From: Methanopyrus kandleri AV19
GTDB lineage: Archaea > JAADCQ01 > Methanopyri > Methanopyrales > Methanopyraceae
Reading direction: 5' to 3'
DNA: 32,000 bases
Assembly: GCF_000007185.1 (NCBI RefSeq)
Contig: NC_003551.1
Span: 1,290,001-1,322,000, forward strand
Each line of letters opens with the position of its first letter. The stretch's first letter is position 1. Positions 8,182 through 16,913 of the stretch are shown here, one piece after another. The notes beneath the pieces were generated by a model. It saw only the letters and a list, made by a program, of their open reading frames with translations. It was not told where the DNA came from and ran no database searches. Both the position numbers and the translations under genes were made by a program.

Positions 8182-9390
8182 TCAGTACCGAACCTCGCCG
8201 TACCCGTAGCCGGCGCACGTCCTGGCGCCGATACCCAGGCGCTCCACGCCGTACTTCAGGAGCCTCAGGGCGACGTCCAGCGACCCCCTCCGCTCCGAGA
8301 CCAGGACCGTGCGCCACCTGGAACCCCGCCGGACTGTCAGGAACTCGACGGGCTTGGGTCGCATCGACTCGTGGGGAGGCCCCTCTCCCTCGTAGTACTC
8401 GCCGTAGTGCGGGTTCAGGACGTCGACCTCGAGCGGCGAGTCGACGTCCCTCAACCAGTCCGGATCCGGGAGCGCGTCGTGGAAGGTCACCTCGCCGGCG
8501 CGCTTGGACTCCGATGCGTTCCCGTCGTCGGACTCTTTGGGTTCCGACTCCCTTGGCTTCGATCCGAACACCTCACGGAAGCGCTTCCGGGCCTGTCGGG
8601 TGTCGTCGGCCCCGAAGTACTTCCTCAGCTCGTCGGGGTCTCCGCGTTCGAGGATCAGCTCGCCGGCCGCGCGGGCCACGCCCTTGAGGGTCGTCCCCGG
8701 GATCACGGGCAGGCCGGTCACCGGGTCCAGGGTGAGGTCGTTCTCGGCCGGGTGCGGGCCGCCCATCCCCACGACCAGCCTGGAGTGCGGGAACCGGAGC
8801 TCGACCTCGCGGACCCTGAGGTGCGGGCTCCGGCCCAGCTCCCTCAGCGTCTTCAGGTAAGACCCGACGTACCCGCGGATCTCGTCGGAGCGGGCCGCTT
8901 TCTCCGCGGCGTCCACGACCCGTCTCAGGAGCCTTCGGACCTCCCGTCTGAGGTTCTCCTCCCCGTCACTCAGCGCCCGGAGGGCCAGCGTCCGTTTCTC
9001 GTGGTACGGGTGCGTCCGGACGCCCTCCTCGGGGACTAGGGACTCCTCCGCCGCCTCCGCGACCCTCCGGCGCAGTCTTTCCACGCGGTCGCGCCCCTCA
9101 TCCTCGGGCAACTCGCCGACGGCGGCCGCGTTCCGGGCCAGGTCGGCGAGCCGCGTGGCCAGTCTGTCGGCCCGGGGTAGACCTTCTCTCTCCAGCTCGC
9201 GTTCGATCCGGTCGAGCGGCAGCCTCGAGAGCGCCTCCCTCACGTCCTCCCGTTCCGCGAGCACCAGGGCGCCCGGCAGACCGTAGTACAGGAGGACCGA
9301 GCACAGGGTCGAGAGGTCACCCTTGAGCTCCTCGTCGACGTCCTCCCGGAGCCGCGACAGCAGGACGTTCTCCGGGGAACGCTCGCTCAT
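8182..9390 (-). CDS. cmr6: type III-B effector subunit Cmr6 with long N-terminal helical region
   Basis: LVVGMGGPHPAENDLTLDPVTGLPVIPGTTLKGVARAAGEL ... VTFHDALPD ... VDVLNPHYGEYY ... VERLGIGARTCAGYGYG, a Cmr6 RAMP pattern. The gene starts at ATG 9390 inside the 694-aa ORF, overlapping the restored cmr4b stop (ATGA). Confidence 0.85.
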   Translation of the reverse strand: MSERSPENVLLSRLREDVDEELKGDLSTLCSVLLYYGLPGALVLAEREDVREALSRLPLDRIERELEREGLPRADRLATRLADLARNAAAVGELPEDEGRDRVERLRRRVAEAAEESLVPEEGVRTHPYHEKRTLALRALSDGEENLRREVRRLLRRVVDAAEKAARSDEIRGYVGSYLKTLRELGRSPHLRVREVELRFPHSRLVVGMGGPHPAENDLTLDPVTGLPVIPGTTLKGVARAAGELILERGDPDELRKYFGADDTRQARKRFREVFGSKPRESEPKESDDGNASESKRAGEVTFHDALPDPDWLRDVDSPLEVDVLNPHYGEYYEGEGPPHESMRPKPVEFLTVRRGSRWRTVLVSERRGSLDVALRLLKYGVERLGIGARTCAGYGYGEVRY

Positions 9391-10266
9391 CCCAGCTCCC
9401 CCTCGAAGTTCAACCGTAGGACGCCGAAGCCGACGGAACCGCCCGCGCCGAGCTGTACCGAGGTCACCCTCCGGAGGACCTCGAGCGCGCGCTCCTCGGT
9501 CGGACCCAGCGTGGACGCGTCGACCTCGTACGGTCCCGCGAGGAGGGTGAGCCTGGGGCAGGAACTCCTCGGTCCAGAGGGCGCCCTCCTCCACGGTCTT
9601 GTCCCACGGGCCACCCAGCCGGACGCGGGTGCGGAGCTCGGTGACGACGGGCCGGTCCGGGTCGAGGAGCCCGGCGAAGGTAGCGTCGTCGAGGATTAGG
9701 AGGCGGGAGTGCAGCGGTAGCTTCCACGGTCCCGGGACGACCAGCTCGTCCGCGACGCCGTCGACTTTCCCGTTCCTGCGGACCACGAGCTCGCGGTGCT
9801 CCAGCACCACGCGCTCCGCGGGGAAGCCCGAGGGCGCGAGCGCCTCCCCGTCGGGCTCGGGCGCCTCGACGCCGATCCAATCCAGGACGTAGGGACAGGT
9901 GAGCCAGACGAGGGGCGTCGTTTTACCACCCTCCAGCGCGACGGGCGCGGGGACGGCCACGGGCAGGAGGTCCCCGAACGTCACCGCGCCCTTGGTGTCT
10001 CGGTCGCCGAAGAGCACCCGCAGGGCGCGCTCCCGCCGCTCCTCGGTGTCCTCACCCAGATCGCGCAGGATCTCATCGACCAGGTCGTCCGGCTTCTCCA
10101 GCTCGGCCTCGACGTGGGTCCTCAGCGCTCCCTTCACGGAGCTCCCCGGGACGTAAGGTACGCGGGTGTGCCTGCGCCGGATCAGCGGGAGGTCGATCGC
10201 GCCGGGTCGCCCACCAGTGCCCACTCGGGTGGGGGTCACCGTGAGGGCCCAGAGCCGGTTCTCCAA
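9387..10266 (-). CDS. cmr4: second Cmr4-like backbone subunit (Cmr4b), frameshifted in this sequence
   Basis: TTG start 10266: MENRLWALTVTPTRVGTGGRPGAIDLPLIRRRHTRVPYVPGSSVKGALR ... VRLGGPWDKTVEEGALWTEEFLP; continues in another frame as RLTLLAGPYEVDASTLGPTEERALEVLRRVTSVQLGAGGSVGFGVLRLNFEGELG* (track ORF 9387..9614). Shift in or near a CCCC run (about 9560). Confidence 0.85.
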
Positions 10267-10272
10267 GGGTGT

Positions 10273-11404
10273 TCACCCCGCCGATTTCGACACCCTCACG
10301 CGGCTCTCGGTTACTTCGATCCCGTGGCGCTCGACGCCGCGGAACGACCGGCGTAGCGTCCTCTCGAGAGCGTTCTCGACCCTCTTCCGATCCCCCTCCT
10401 CGACCACGACGGTCCCGTTCCCGGGGTGCAGCTTCCCTAACCACAGCAGCAGGACGGAGACCACGTAGCGACCGCGGTTCACGCCGTCGAGCTCGACCGG
10501 CGTCACGGAGAGGAGGAGCGGGGATCGCAGCAGCCAGGGGACCCCCGGCGTCGCTCGAACCTAGCAGCCACCGGAGCTCCTCGTTCGAGTTCTCGAACCT
10601 CTCGTTCCGGAGCCTCCGACGGGCCTCCCTGAGCGTGCCCCCCAGACGGTCCAGGAGTTTATCGACGCGCTGCTTCCTCCACTCGAACGTCCAGAGGGTG
10701 GCGCGACGGAAGCTCGGGAAGGATTCCACGGGCCCCGAGGTACCGTCGGAGCGTTCCGCGATCAGTTCCCTGAGATCGTCCAGGCACCCGCGGAGCCTAT
10801 CGACGAAGTCGTCGGTACCCTCCACGCGGGTGGACAGGTCGTCGGCCCGGACCTCGAAGCACCCGAAGGCGCGCCTGAACCGCCGGCCGTACCCACCGAT
10901 CAGGGACAGCAGCTCCAGGGAGAGCTTCGCAACCTCGAGTGCGTCTTCTCGGAGGCCGGTCAGCTCGAGCTCGAAGGTCGCTCCGGCCCGGATCACGAGA
11001 GGTTGCTCTTCACGTCGACCGCGCAGGTAGATGGGCGGGCATAGATAGCACCGGTTGTCGACCCGAAGTCGACCGTCTTCGTCGATCGTGATGCGGTATC
11101 GCCTTCGACGCCTCGCACACCGGCCACCCTCCTCGACGTCGTCCTCACCCACGCCCCTCCTCAGCCGCACCGAGACCGGGGAGGGTCGGAGGTCCTTCCC
11201 CTCCGACGGTCTGCCGCCCCAGAACTCGGCCTCGACGCGGCGGAGCCCGTCCCCGTCCAGGAAGGAGGCCGCGACGGCCCGGAACGCCCACCTGAACTGT
11301 CCCCTGAGCTCCGGGGGTCGGGGGAGCGGTCCGTCCCGGTCGTACCTCACCTGCGAGGTGATCGCGGGCGTGGCGAAGGTGCACCCGACGGTCAGGGTCC
11401 TCAA
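10273..11404 (-). CDS. cmr1: type III-B effector subunit Cmr1, frameshifted in this sequence
   Basis: TTG start 11404: MRTLTVGCTFATPAITSQVRYDRDGPLPRPPELRGQFRWAFRAVAASF...VEAEFWGG...LSLIGGYGRRFRRAFGCF; C-term SPLLLSVTPVELDGVNRGRYVVSVLLLWLGKLHPG... continues in another frame (ORF 10273..10506). Shift near GGGGGTCCCC (about 10537-10552). Confidence 0.82.
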
Positions 11405-11474
11405 CCGCGGCCCCGGTCCGCCGCCGGGGATAGCTTTGATAAAGTTAATTCAGGGAGAGTGGCGAGGCGCCGGG
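11405..11474. promoter_or_regulatory. central divergent promoter region of the two cmr operons
   Basis: About 70 bp between the TTG start of cmr1 (-) and GTG start of cmr2 (+), with a locally AT-rich AGCTTTGATAAAGTTAATT. Confidence 0.5.
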
Positions 11475-13472
11475 GTGAGCCGGGTGCCGAAGCTGGTCAC
11501 CGTGCGCCTACGGCCGTCCGGCGGCATCAAGACCTGGCTCCGGGGTCGTAAACTGGCGGACTCCCTCGCGGCGAGTTGGTTGCTAGGCTACCTGGTTTAC
11601 CGCGTGTACGAGCGGCTGTGCCGTAGGCTGGACGTCGAGAGGGTCCTCCGACCCGTCCTACCGGGGAATCACCCCTTCGAGAAGAAGCCGGATAACCTGG
11701 AGCCGTGGGAGACGCGCGGGTGCGTGATGCCGGACGCCGTCGAGCTGGTCGTGGACGGCGACGTGAGCGCGGAGGAGGTCGCCCGCATCGCCCGGGAGAC
11801 CGTGGAGGACGTGCTGGAGGACGTCTTGAAGCGCGGCCGCGAGACCCCCTGGAGGTGTCATAACGTCAGCCTGTACGAGCCGCTCGAGGACTGGTGGGAG
11901 CGCACGTCCGGGAGGTCCGCGGCGAGGGTCGAGCTCCCGCCCGGCCTGATCCAGGTCTCCGCGGCCGTCGTGGACCTGGAGGAGCCAGACGACGAAGAAG
12001 CGTACCGGGAGGCCGTCCGCCGCGTCGCGAGCCTCGTCGGGACGCGGGCCGAGGTGATGGACGCGAGGGGATCCGGGGGTCAGCCCTGCAGCGTCTGCGG
12101 TACGTACCCGACCGTGGGAGATCGTGAGTTCTGGGAGGAGCTCTCGGAGCGGCTCCCTCCCCAGCTCCTGAAGCGGTGGGAGGGCGGCTTCGAGCGCCTC
12201 TGCGCCGCGTGCCTGCTCAAGCGCTACTTCGGGACGCACGTGATACGCTCCTGGTACCTGGAGAAGATCTCCTGGATCCCGTCCACGGCCGAGGTCGCGA
12301 TCACCCCGGTCAAGGTCGGGATACTGAACAGGTGGGAGGAGCTCAAGGACGACGGGGGCTTCCGAGAGGCTGCCCTCGGGTTTCTGAGGGAAGTGCTACC
12401 GGAGCAGCTGCGGCAGATCGCCCACTACCTCAGGTGCGTCAAGGAGGTGGATCGGGCGGGGGAGCTCGAGGAGGCCGCCAAGGACCTGAAGAGGGACCGC
12501 CTGGAGCCCGAAGGGCTACCGGAGGACGTGAGGAAGGAACTCCACCGGCTGACCCCCAAGGCGCCCAGACTGGACGAGGAGCTGGGGGACGTCGAGGATT
12601 CCCTGATCGAGGTCCTCCTCTGCGTCGAGGGCAGGTTCTGGTACGATCCCGAGGCCCCGGGGGGACTGAGGGAGCTGCTCGAGGCCGGCGACCTGGAGAA
12701 CCTCTACACCCCGTACTACGCCCTCCTGAAGCTGGACGGCGACCGCATGGGCGAGCTCTTCTCGCGGGACCCGGAGACGACCCGCGGGGCCTCCCGGGCC
12801 ACGATCGAGTTCGGCCTGAAGGCGATGAGAATCGTGCACGGGCACTACGGGGTCCTCCTGTACTGCGGGGGCGACGACGTCTTCGCGGCGCTCCCCCTGC
12901 ACACGGCCCTCGACTGCGCGTTCGAGCTCGAGGAAACCTTCCGGGAGAGCCTGAAGAAGTGGAAGGGGACCTGCAGCGCCGGGCTGGCCGTCGTCCACCA
13001 CCTCCACCCGCTCCGGGACGCGATCGACCTGGCGTACCGGCTCGAGAAGAGGGCTAAGGAGGCCGGCAGGAACCGGCTCGCGGTAGGACTGTACCGGAGG
13101 AACGCCCCGGAGCGGGTCGCGGTCCTGAAGTGGGAGGCCGACGGGAAACGCCCCTGGGGGCTACTGTTCGAGCTCGCGGACCTCGTCTCCAGGAGGGCCG
13201 CGTACCACCTGCCGCGGGACTGGTGGGAGGGCTGGTGGGAGGAGCTCGACGAGCCGAAGAACCTGCTCCGCTCGCTGCTCGGGTACGTGGCGCTGAGGCA
13301 CCGAGGTGAGGGCGCCGACGAGGGTGAGATCGTCGGGCTCGTGGAGAGGATCGCCGAGGTCGTCGGGAAGGCCGGACCCGAGGACGGCGACCCGGGCGCG
13401 GAGGTGGGTCGCGCGCTGGAGATCGCCCTCGAGCTCCGCTCGGAGTGCCCGGCCGGGGGTAACGGGGGTTGA
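11475..13472 (+). CDS. cmr2: type III-B effector Cmr2/Cas10, without N-terminal HD domain
   Basis: Zn-finger PCSVC...LCAACL; palm motifs YALLKLDGDRMGELFS and VLLYCGGDDVFAALPL (intact GGDD). Likely GTG start at 11475 (VSRVPKLVTVRLRPSGGIKTWLRGRKLADSLAASWLLGYLV...). Confidence 0.93.
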   Translation: MSRVPKLVTVRLRPSGGIKTWLRGRKLADSLAASWLLGYLVYRVYERLCRRLDVERVLRPVLPGNHPFEKKPDNLEPWETRGCVMPDAVELVVDGDVSAEEVARIARETVEDVLEDVLKRGRETPWRCHNVSLYEPLEDWWERTSGRSAARVELPPGLIQVSAAVVDLEEPDDEEAYREAVRRVASLVGTRAEVMDARGSGGQPCSVCGTYPTVGDREFWEELSERLPPQLLKRWEGGFERLCAACLLKRYFGTHVIRSWYLEKISWIPSTAEVAITPVKVGILNRWEELKDDGGFREAALGFLREVLPEQLRQIAHYLRCVKEVDRAGELEEAAKDLKRDRLEPEGLPEDVRKELHRLTPKAPRLDEELGDVEDSLIEVLLCVEGRFWYDPEAPGGLRELLEAGDLENLYTPYYALLKLDGDRMGELFSRDPETTRGASRATIEFGLKAMRIVHGHYGVLLYCGGDDVFAALPLHTALDCAFELEETFRESLKKWKGTCSAGLAVVHHLHPLRDAIDLAYRLEKRAKEAGRNRLAVGLYRRNAPERVAVLKWEADGKRPWGLLFELADLVSRRAAYHLPRDWWEGWWEELDEPKNLLRSLLGYVALRHRGEGADEGEIVGLVERIAEVVGKAGPEDGDPGAEVGRALEIALELRSECPAGGNGG

Positions 13473-14803
13473 CCGCGCGCCACGTGGCGGTCGGGTTCCT
13501 GGTCCTGCCTCAGGACCGCGCGTTCTTCCGCAGGCCCGAGCCATTCAGGGCCGCGGCCGAGTCGGTGGCGGAGTCGGAGGGTCCCAAGCCCTGGACCGTG
13601 GCCGGCTGCGTCCGCAACGCGCTCCTGGAGGTCACCGACGGGGACCTCGGGGAGGTCCTGGAGTACCCGCGGAAGCTCGTCAGGTCGGCCCCGCCCGGGT
13701 CGATCGGGGAGGCCCTGGGGGAGACGGCCCTCTTCCTCGGGACCTGGGTCGTCGAGGTGCGGCCCGGGGCGCCCGACCGGCTCGAGCGCGTCTGGTGGCC
13801 GTGCCCCGCCCACCTGGCGAGGTACGAGCCCGAAAGTGGGGGCGAGGCCGTCGACCTGCTGAGGGTCGAGGAGGTCGGGGACGCGGCGATCGCGTTCTCG
13901 GGTCACGACGAAGCACTCCGCCGCCGGTACGGGTTCATGACGCCGAAACCCCCGAGGCCCGGCTCGGACGTCGAGACCCCCGGGCGCTACGTCGACACGG
14001 GAACGATCTCGAAGATCCTCGCGGGAAGGACGCCCGCGAGAAGGACGCCGGACCTCGAGGACAACGTCGCGGGACCCGGGGAACTCCTGCGTCCCGAGCT
14101 CCACGTCGGCGTCAAGCTGGTCGGGCTCAAGACCGCGGACGAGGGCTACCTGTACGCCGCGAGGTTCCTCAGACCGGGCAGGTCCCCGGTGGACGGGGGT
14201 AGTCTCGTCGGGTTCCTCACGGTCCTGGCGGTGCCCGAGGACGCGTGGGACGACGGGGTACTGGAGGACCTCCCCTCCCCGGGCGGCCGACTCGGCCGGG
14301 GACGGCACGCGTGGGTGATCCCGCTCCGCGCGGGGGACTGGTCGGACGACGTCTTCCCCGAGGTGGAGGAACCGGAGGGGGACCTCCCGGGCCTGTACCT
14401 CGAGACCCCGACCCCGTTCCCGGAGGGTGACGTCCGGTCCTCCTCCCCGGGCGACCGCCTGAAGGCAGAGGCCGTCCTCGTGAGACCCGGGAGCCCAAGA
14501 GATCGCGTCCTCCAGGTCGAGCTCGAGGTCTCGGAGGTGGAGTCCGAGGTACTGGCCGACCGGGTGATCGAGACCCGCCGCGTCTCGACGTGGTCCGGTA
14601 AGCGCGCCTCCCCTGACCACCTGGCCGCCGCCGAGGGAACCGTGCTCGCGCTCGGGAAGCTCGACGTCGACCCCGGCACGCCCCTGCTCCTCTTCCCCAG
14701 GATGGGGGATGAAGACAGAGAGCTGCTCGCCTCCAGGCTCGCGTTCCACCTCTCCGGCGTGGGTACGGCCTACGCCCTGAGCCTACCGGGGGTGAGCCCG
14801 TGA
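13469..14803 (+). CDS. cmr3: type III-B effector subunit Cmr3
   Basis: Position between cmr2 and cmr4 with overlapping start (TTGA); DEGYLYAARFLRPGRSPVDGGSLVGFLT and PKPWTVAGCVRNAL typical of Cmr3. Confidence 0.85.
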   Translation: MTARHVAVGFLVLPQDRAFFRRPEPFRAAAESVAESEGPKPWTVAGCVRNALLEVTDGDLGEVLEYPRKLVRSAPPGSIGEALGETALFLGTWVVEVRPGAPDRLERVWWPCPAHLARYEPESGGEAVDLLRVEEVGDAAIAFSGHDEALRRRYGFMTPKPPRPGSDVETPGRYVDTGTISKILAGRTPARRTPDLEDNVAGPGELLRPELHVGVKLVGLKTADEGYLYAARFLRPGRSPVDGGSLVGFLTVLAVPEDAWDDGVLEDLPSPGGRLGRGRHAWVIPLRAGDWSDDVFPEVEEPEGDLPGLYLETPTPFPEGDVRSSSPGDRLKAEAVLVRPGSPRDRVLQVELEVSEVESEVLADRVIETRRVSTWSGKRASPDHLAAAEGTVLALGKLDVDPGTPLLLFPRMGDEDRELLASRLAFHLSGVGTAYALSLPGVSP

Positions 14804-15828
14804 CGGACGCCCTCCCGTACTTCCTCGTGTGCCGGACGCCGACGAGGGCGGGTGCGGGTCAGCGGGCGACGGACGTGATCGACCTACCCCTCCAGCGCGA
14901 GGCGCACACGAAGCTCCCCGTGATCTACGGCTCCACGCTGAAGGGCGCCCTCCGCCACGCGACGCTCCGGAAACTCTCCGAGGAGCTCGACGGGGAGACC
15001 TCCGAGGGGCTCGTCGACGCGGTCTTCGGGGACAGACCCGGCGAGGGTAGCCCGTCACCGGGCGTCGTCGCCTTCAGCGACGCCGTCCTCCTGGCCATGC
15101 CCGTGAGGTGCGAGCCCGGCTTCCTGGCCTGGGTGACCTCACCGTACCAGCTCGGTAGGCTGTACGAGGTCCTGGAGCTGACCGGGGAGCTGGAGGACCT
15201 CCGGGAGGCCGTCGAGGAGGTCCTGAACGACTGTAAGGACCCGCGGGGGAACGGTGCCCTCGCGCCCGAGGAGGGCACTCTCCTACTCGACAGGATCAGG
15301 GTGAGGGCGGAGGCCAGCGACGCCGTCGGGGATCTCGCCGGGGTGCTCTCGGAGACGGTGTTCGAGGGCGCGCCCGAGCCCCACTTCCGGCGCTACGTGG
15401 AGGAACGGCTCGTGGTCCTGGGCGACGGCGCGTTCGCGGACCTCGTCAACTCGTGCACGGAGCGCGTCGTCCGCGTCCGGCTCAACGAGGAGAAGACCGT
15501 GGAACAGGGCCCCTGGTACGAGGAACGCGTGCCCGAGGGGACCGTCTTCTTCGGCACGCTGAACGTGCGGCACGACACCGTACCGCCCAAAAACGGCGTC
15601 GACGCCCGGAAGGTGCTGTTCGGGAGGTGGGAACCGGACGGCGTGCCCGACGGGGACGACAGGAAGTTGGAGGCCCTCAAGGAGGCCGCCGGGGAGCTGG
15701 AGGCGGGCGTGCTCGGGGCGGTCGCCGACGGGAGCGGGGACGGCTACCTGGACCTCCGGTTCCAGGTCGGGGGCAGCGAGACGGTGGGCTTCGGTCTCGT
15801 ACGTCTCAGGCAGTTCGTGGGGGAGTGA
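14800..15828 (+). CDS. cmr4: type III-B effector subunit Cmr4 (Cmr4a)
   Basis: TPTRAGAGQRATDVIDLPLQREAHTKLPVIYGSTLKGALRHATL ... LNEEKTVEQGPWYEERVPEGTVFFG ... FQVGGSETVGFGLVRL; GTGA overlap with the cmr3 stop. Confidence 0.93.
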   Translation: MTDALPYFLVCRTPTRAGAGQRATDVIDLPLQREAHTKLPVIYGSTLKGALRHATLRKLSEELDGETSEGLVDAVFGDRPGEGSPSPGVVAFSDAVLLAMPVRCEPGFLAWVTSPYQLGRLYEVLELTGELEDLREAVEEVLNDCKDPRGNGALAPEEGTLLLDRIRVRAEASDAVGDLAGVLSETVFEGAPEPHFRRYVEERLVVLGDGAFADLVNSCTERVVRVRLNEEKTVEQGPWYEERVPEGTVFFGTLNVRHDTVPPKNGVDARKVLFGRWEPDGVPDGDDRKLEALKEAAGELEAGVLGAVADGSGDGYLDLRFQVGGSETVGFGLVRLRQFVGE

Positions 15829-15831
15829 GCG

Positions 15832-16332
15832 GTGACCGTGACCCCGTTCCGGTGGGCCGTCGAGTGCGTGAGGGATGTGGAGCGGCTGACGGGCACGGTC
15901 TGGAAGGACTCCGACGACCCGTTGGAGACGTACTACAAGCGCGCCACGAGGGCCGCCGTGATGGTGCTCGAGGAGGGCCTCCCCCTGACCCTCGCGTTCA
16001 TGGCCTCCCGGGGATCGAAGGACCCCGGCACCCTGCTGGCCTACCACCTCGCCATGTACCTCAACCACGTCGTGTTCGCCGACGAGCCCGAGTGGTCGGA
16101 GCTCAGGGAGGAGTGCTTCGGCCGGTTCGACGACGTCGACGAGGACGAGATCGCGGAGAAGGTCGGAGAGTACGTCCGGGACGAGGTCAGGGAGGCCCTG
16201 GTGGAGCTGGCCGGGAAGGAGGGCACCCTCGAGATGCGCTACGCCGAGTCACGGGCGCTCGAACTGCTCAACGTGATCAAGCGCGTGGCCGAGGGTTGGC
16301 ACAAGGTGTCGAGGTTCGGGGGCGGGGATTGA
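15832..16332 (+). CDS. cmr5: type III-B effector subunit Cmr5
   Basis: Small helical protein downstream of cmr4 (RATRAAVMVLEEGLPLTLAFMASRG...LLAYHLAMYLNHVVF); identified mainly from size, pattern and operon position. Confidence 0.8.
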   Translation: MTVTPFRWAVECVRDVERLTGTVWKDSDDPLETYYKRATRAAVMVLEEGLPLTLAFMASRGSKDPGTLLAYHLAMYLNHVVFADEPEWSELREECFGRFDDVDEDEIAEKVGEYVRDEVREALVELAGKEGTLEMRYAESRALELLNVIKRVAEGWHKVSRFGGGD

Positions 16333-16379
16333 TCCCACCTTTCACCCGTCTTTCTTATGAGATATCATCGAAGATTATA

Positions 16380-16913
16380 GTATCATCTCGTACTGGTTTT
16401 TCATAGGGTTAACTTACTTGGTGGAAATGCGGGTTCTTCCCCGTAGGAGACGGTCGTTCCGGGGCGCTTGAGTATGAAGTATTACCACTTCTACTCATAC
16501 TTATCAATACTGGTAATGGTTTTTCCTGAAGCCCAAAATATGCACTTTAATAGTGCGAGTTTTGCATCTTATTTCAATTCGAAGAGATGACGATTCTAAC
16601 CGTTAGCAAAGAATTATAGTTCTTACAAGATATCAAAGCTATCTGTAGGCACTATGTAATTATTACTTCATTAAGTTAACTCATTAATTACTCATCAGGA
16701 GAAACTATAACTTTCGGTATTACCGATGTTGTATATTAAACTTTTGACTAAAGGGAAACAGATTAGTATCGGATTTTAGTATGATTAAGTGTTCAGCGGA
16801 ATCGGGGTAATCTTTAAATAGGACCGGTACGCCAGCCCTAGTGGGTAAGGGATAGGGAATCTCCTCGGTGGTTTCGGAGTGTAAAGGGTGATCCTCCGGA
16901 AGAACCGCCTGCC
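16380..16913 (+). promoter_or_regulatory. leader of CRISPR array 2 (inverted-repeat arm B)
   Basis: Reverse complement aligns with 7618-8151, roughly 80-85% identity by eye; TATA-like CTTTAAATA at 16812-16820; ends exactly at the first repeat. Confidence 0.85.

Noticed and set aside
8182-10266. A true Cmr4-Cmr6 fusion protein of 694 aa
   Set aside because: The linker is arginine-rich out-of-frame sequence. The proper Cmr4 C-terminus is found in the adjacent frame and ends in an ATGA overlap with an internal start, so two genes and a frameshift explain it better.
11055-13472. Full 805-aa ORF as Cmr2
   Set aside because: The first ~140 residues (MSTRSRPSSSIVMRYRLRR...) are antisense to cmr1; the plausible start is GTG at 11475.
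12845-14749. 634-aa minus-strand ORF and other long antisense ORFs (12516..13007, 13161..13544, 18867..19883, 26258..27646, 29789..30994, 24633..26543)
   Set aside because: GC-rich antisense shadows of better-supported genes, with low-complexity R/G/P/H-rich or repetitive composition and no recognisable motifs.
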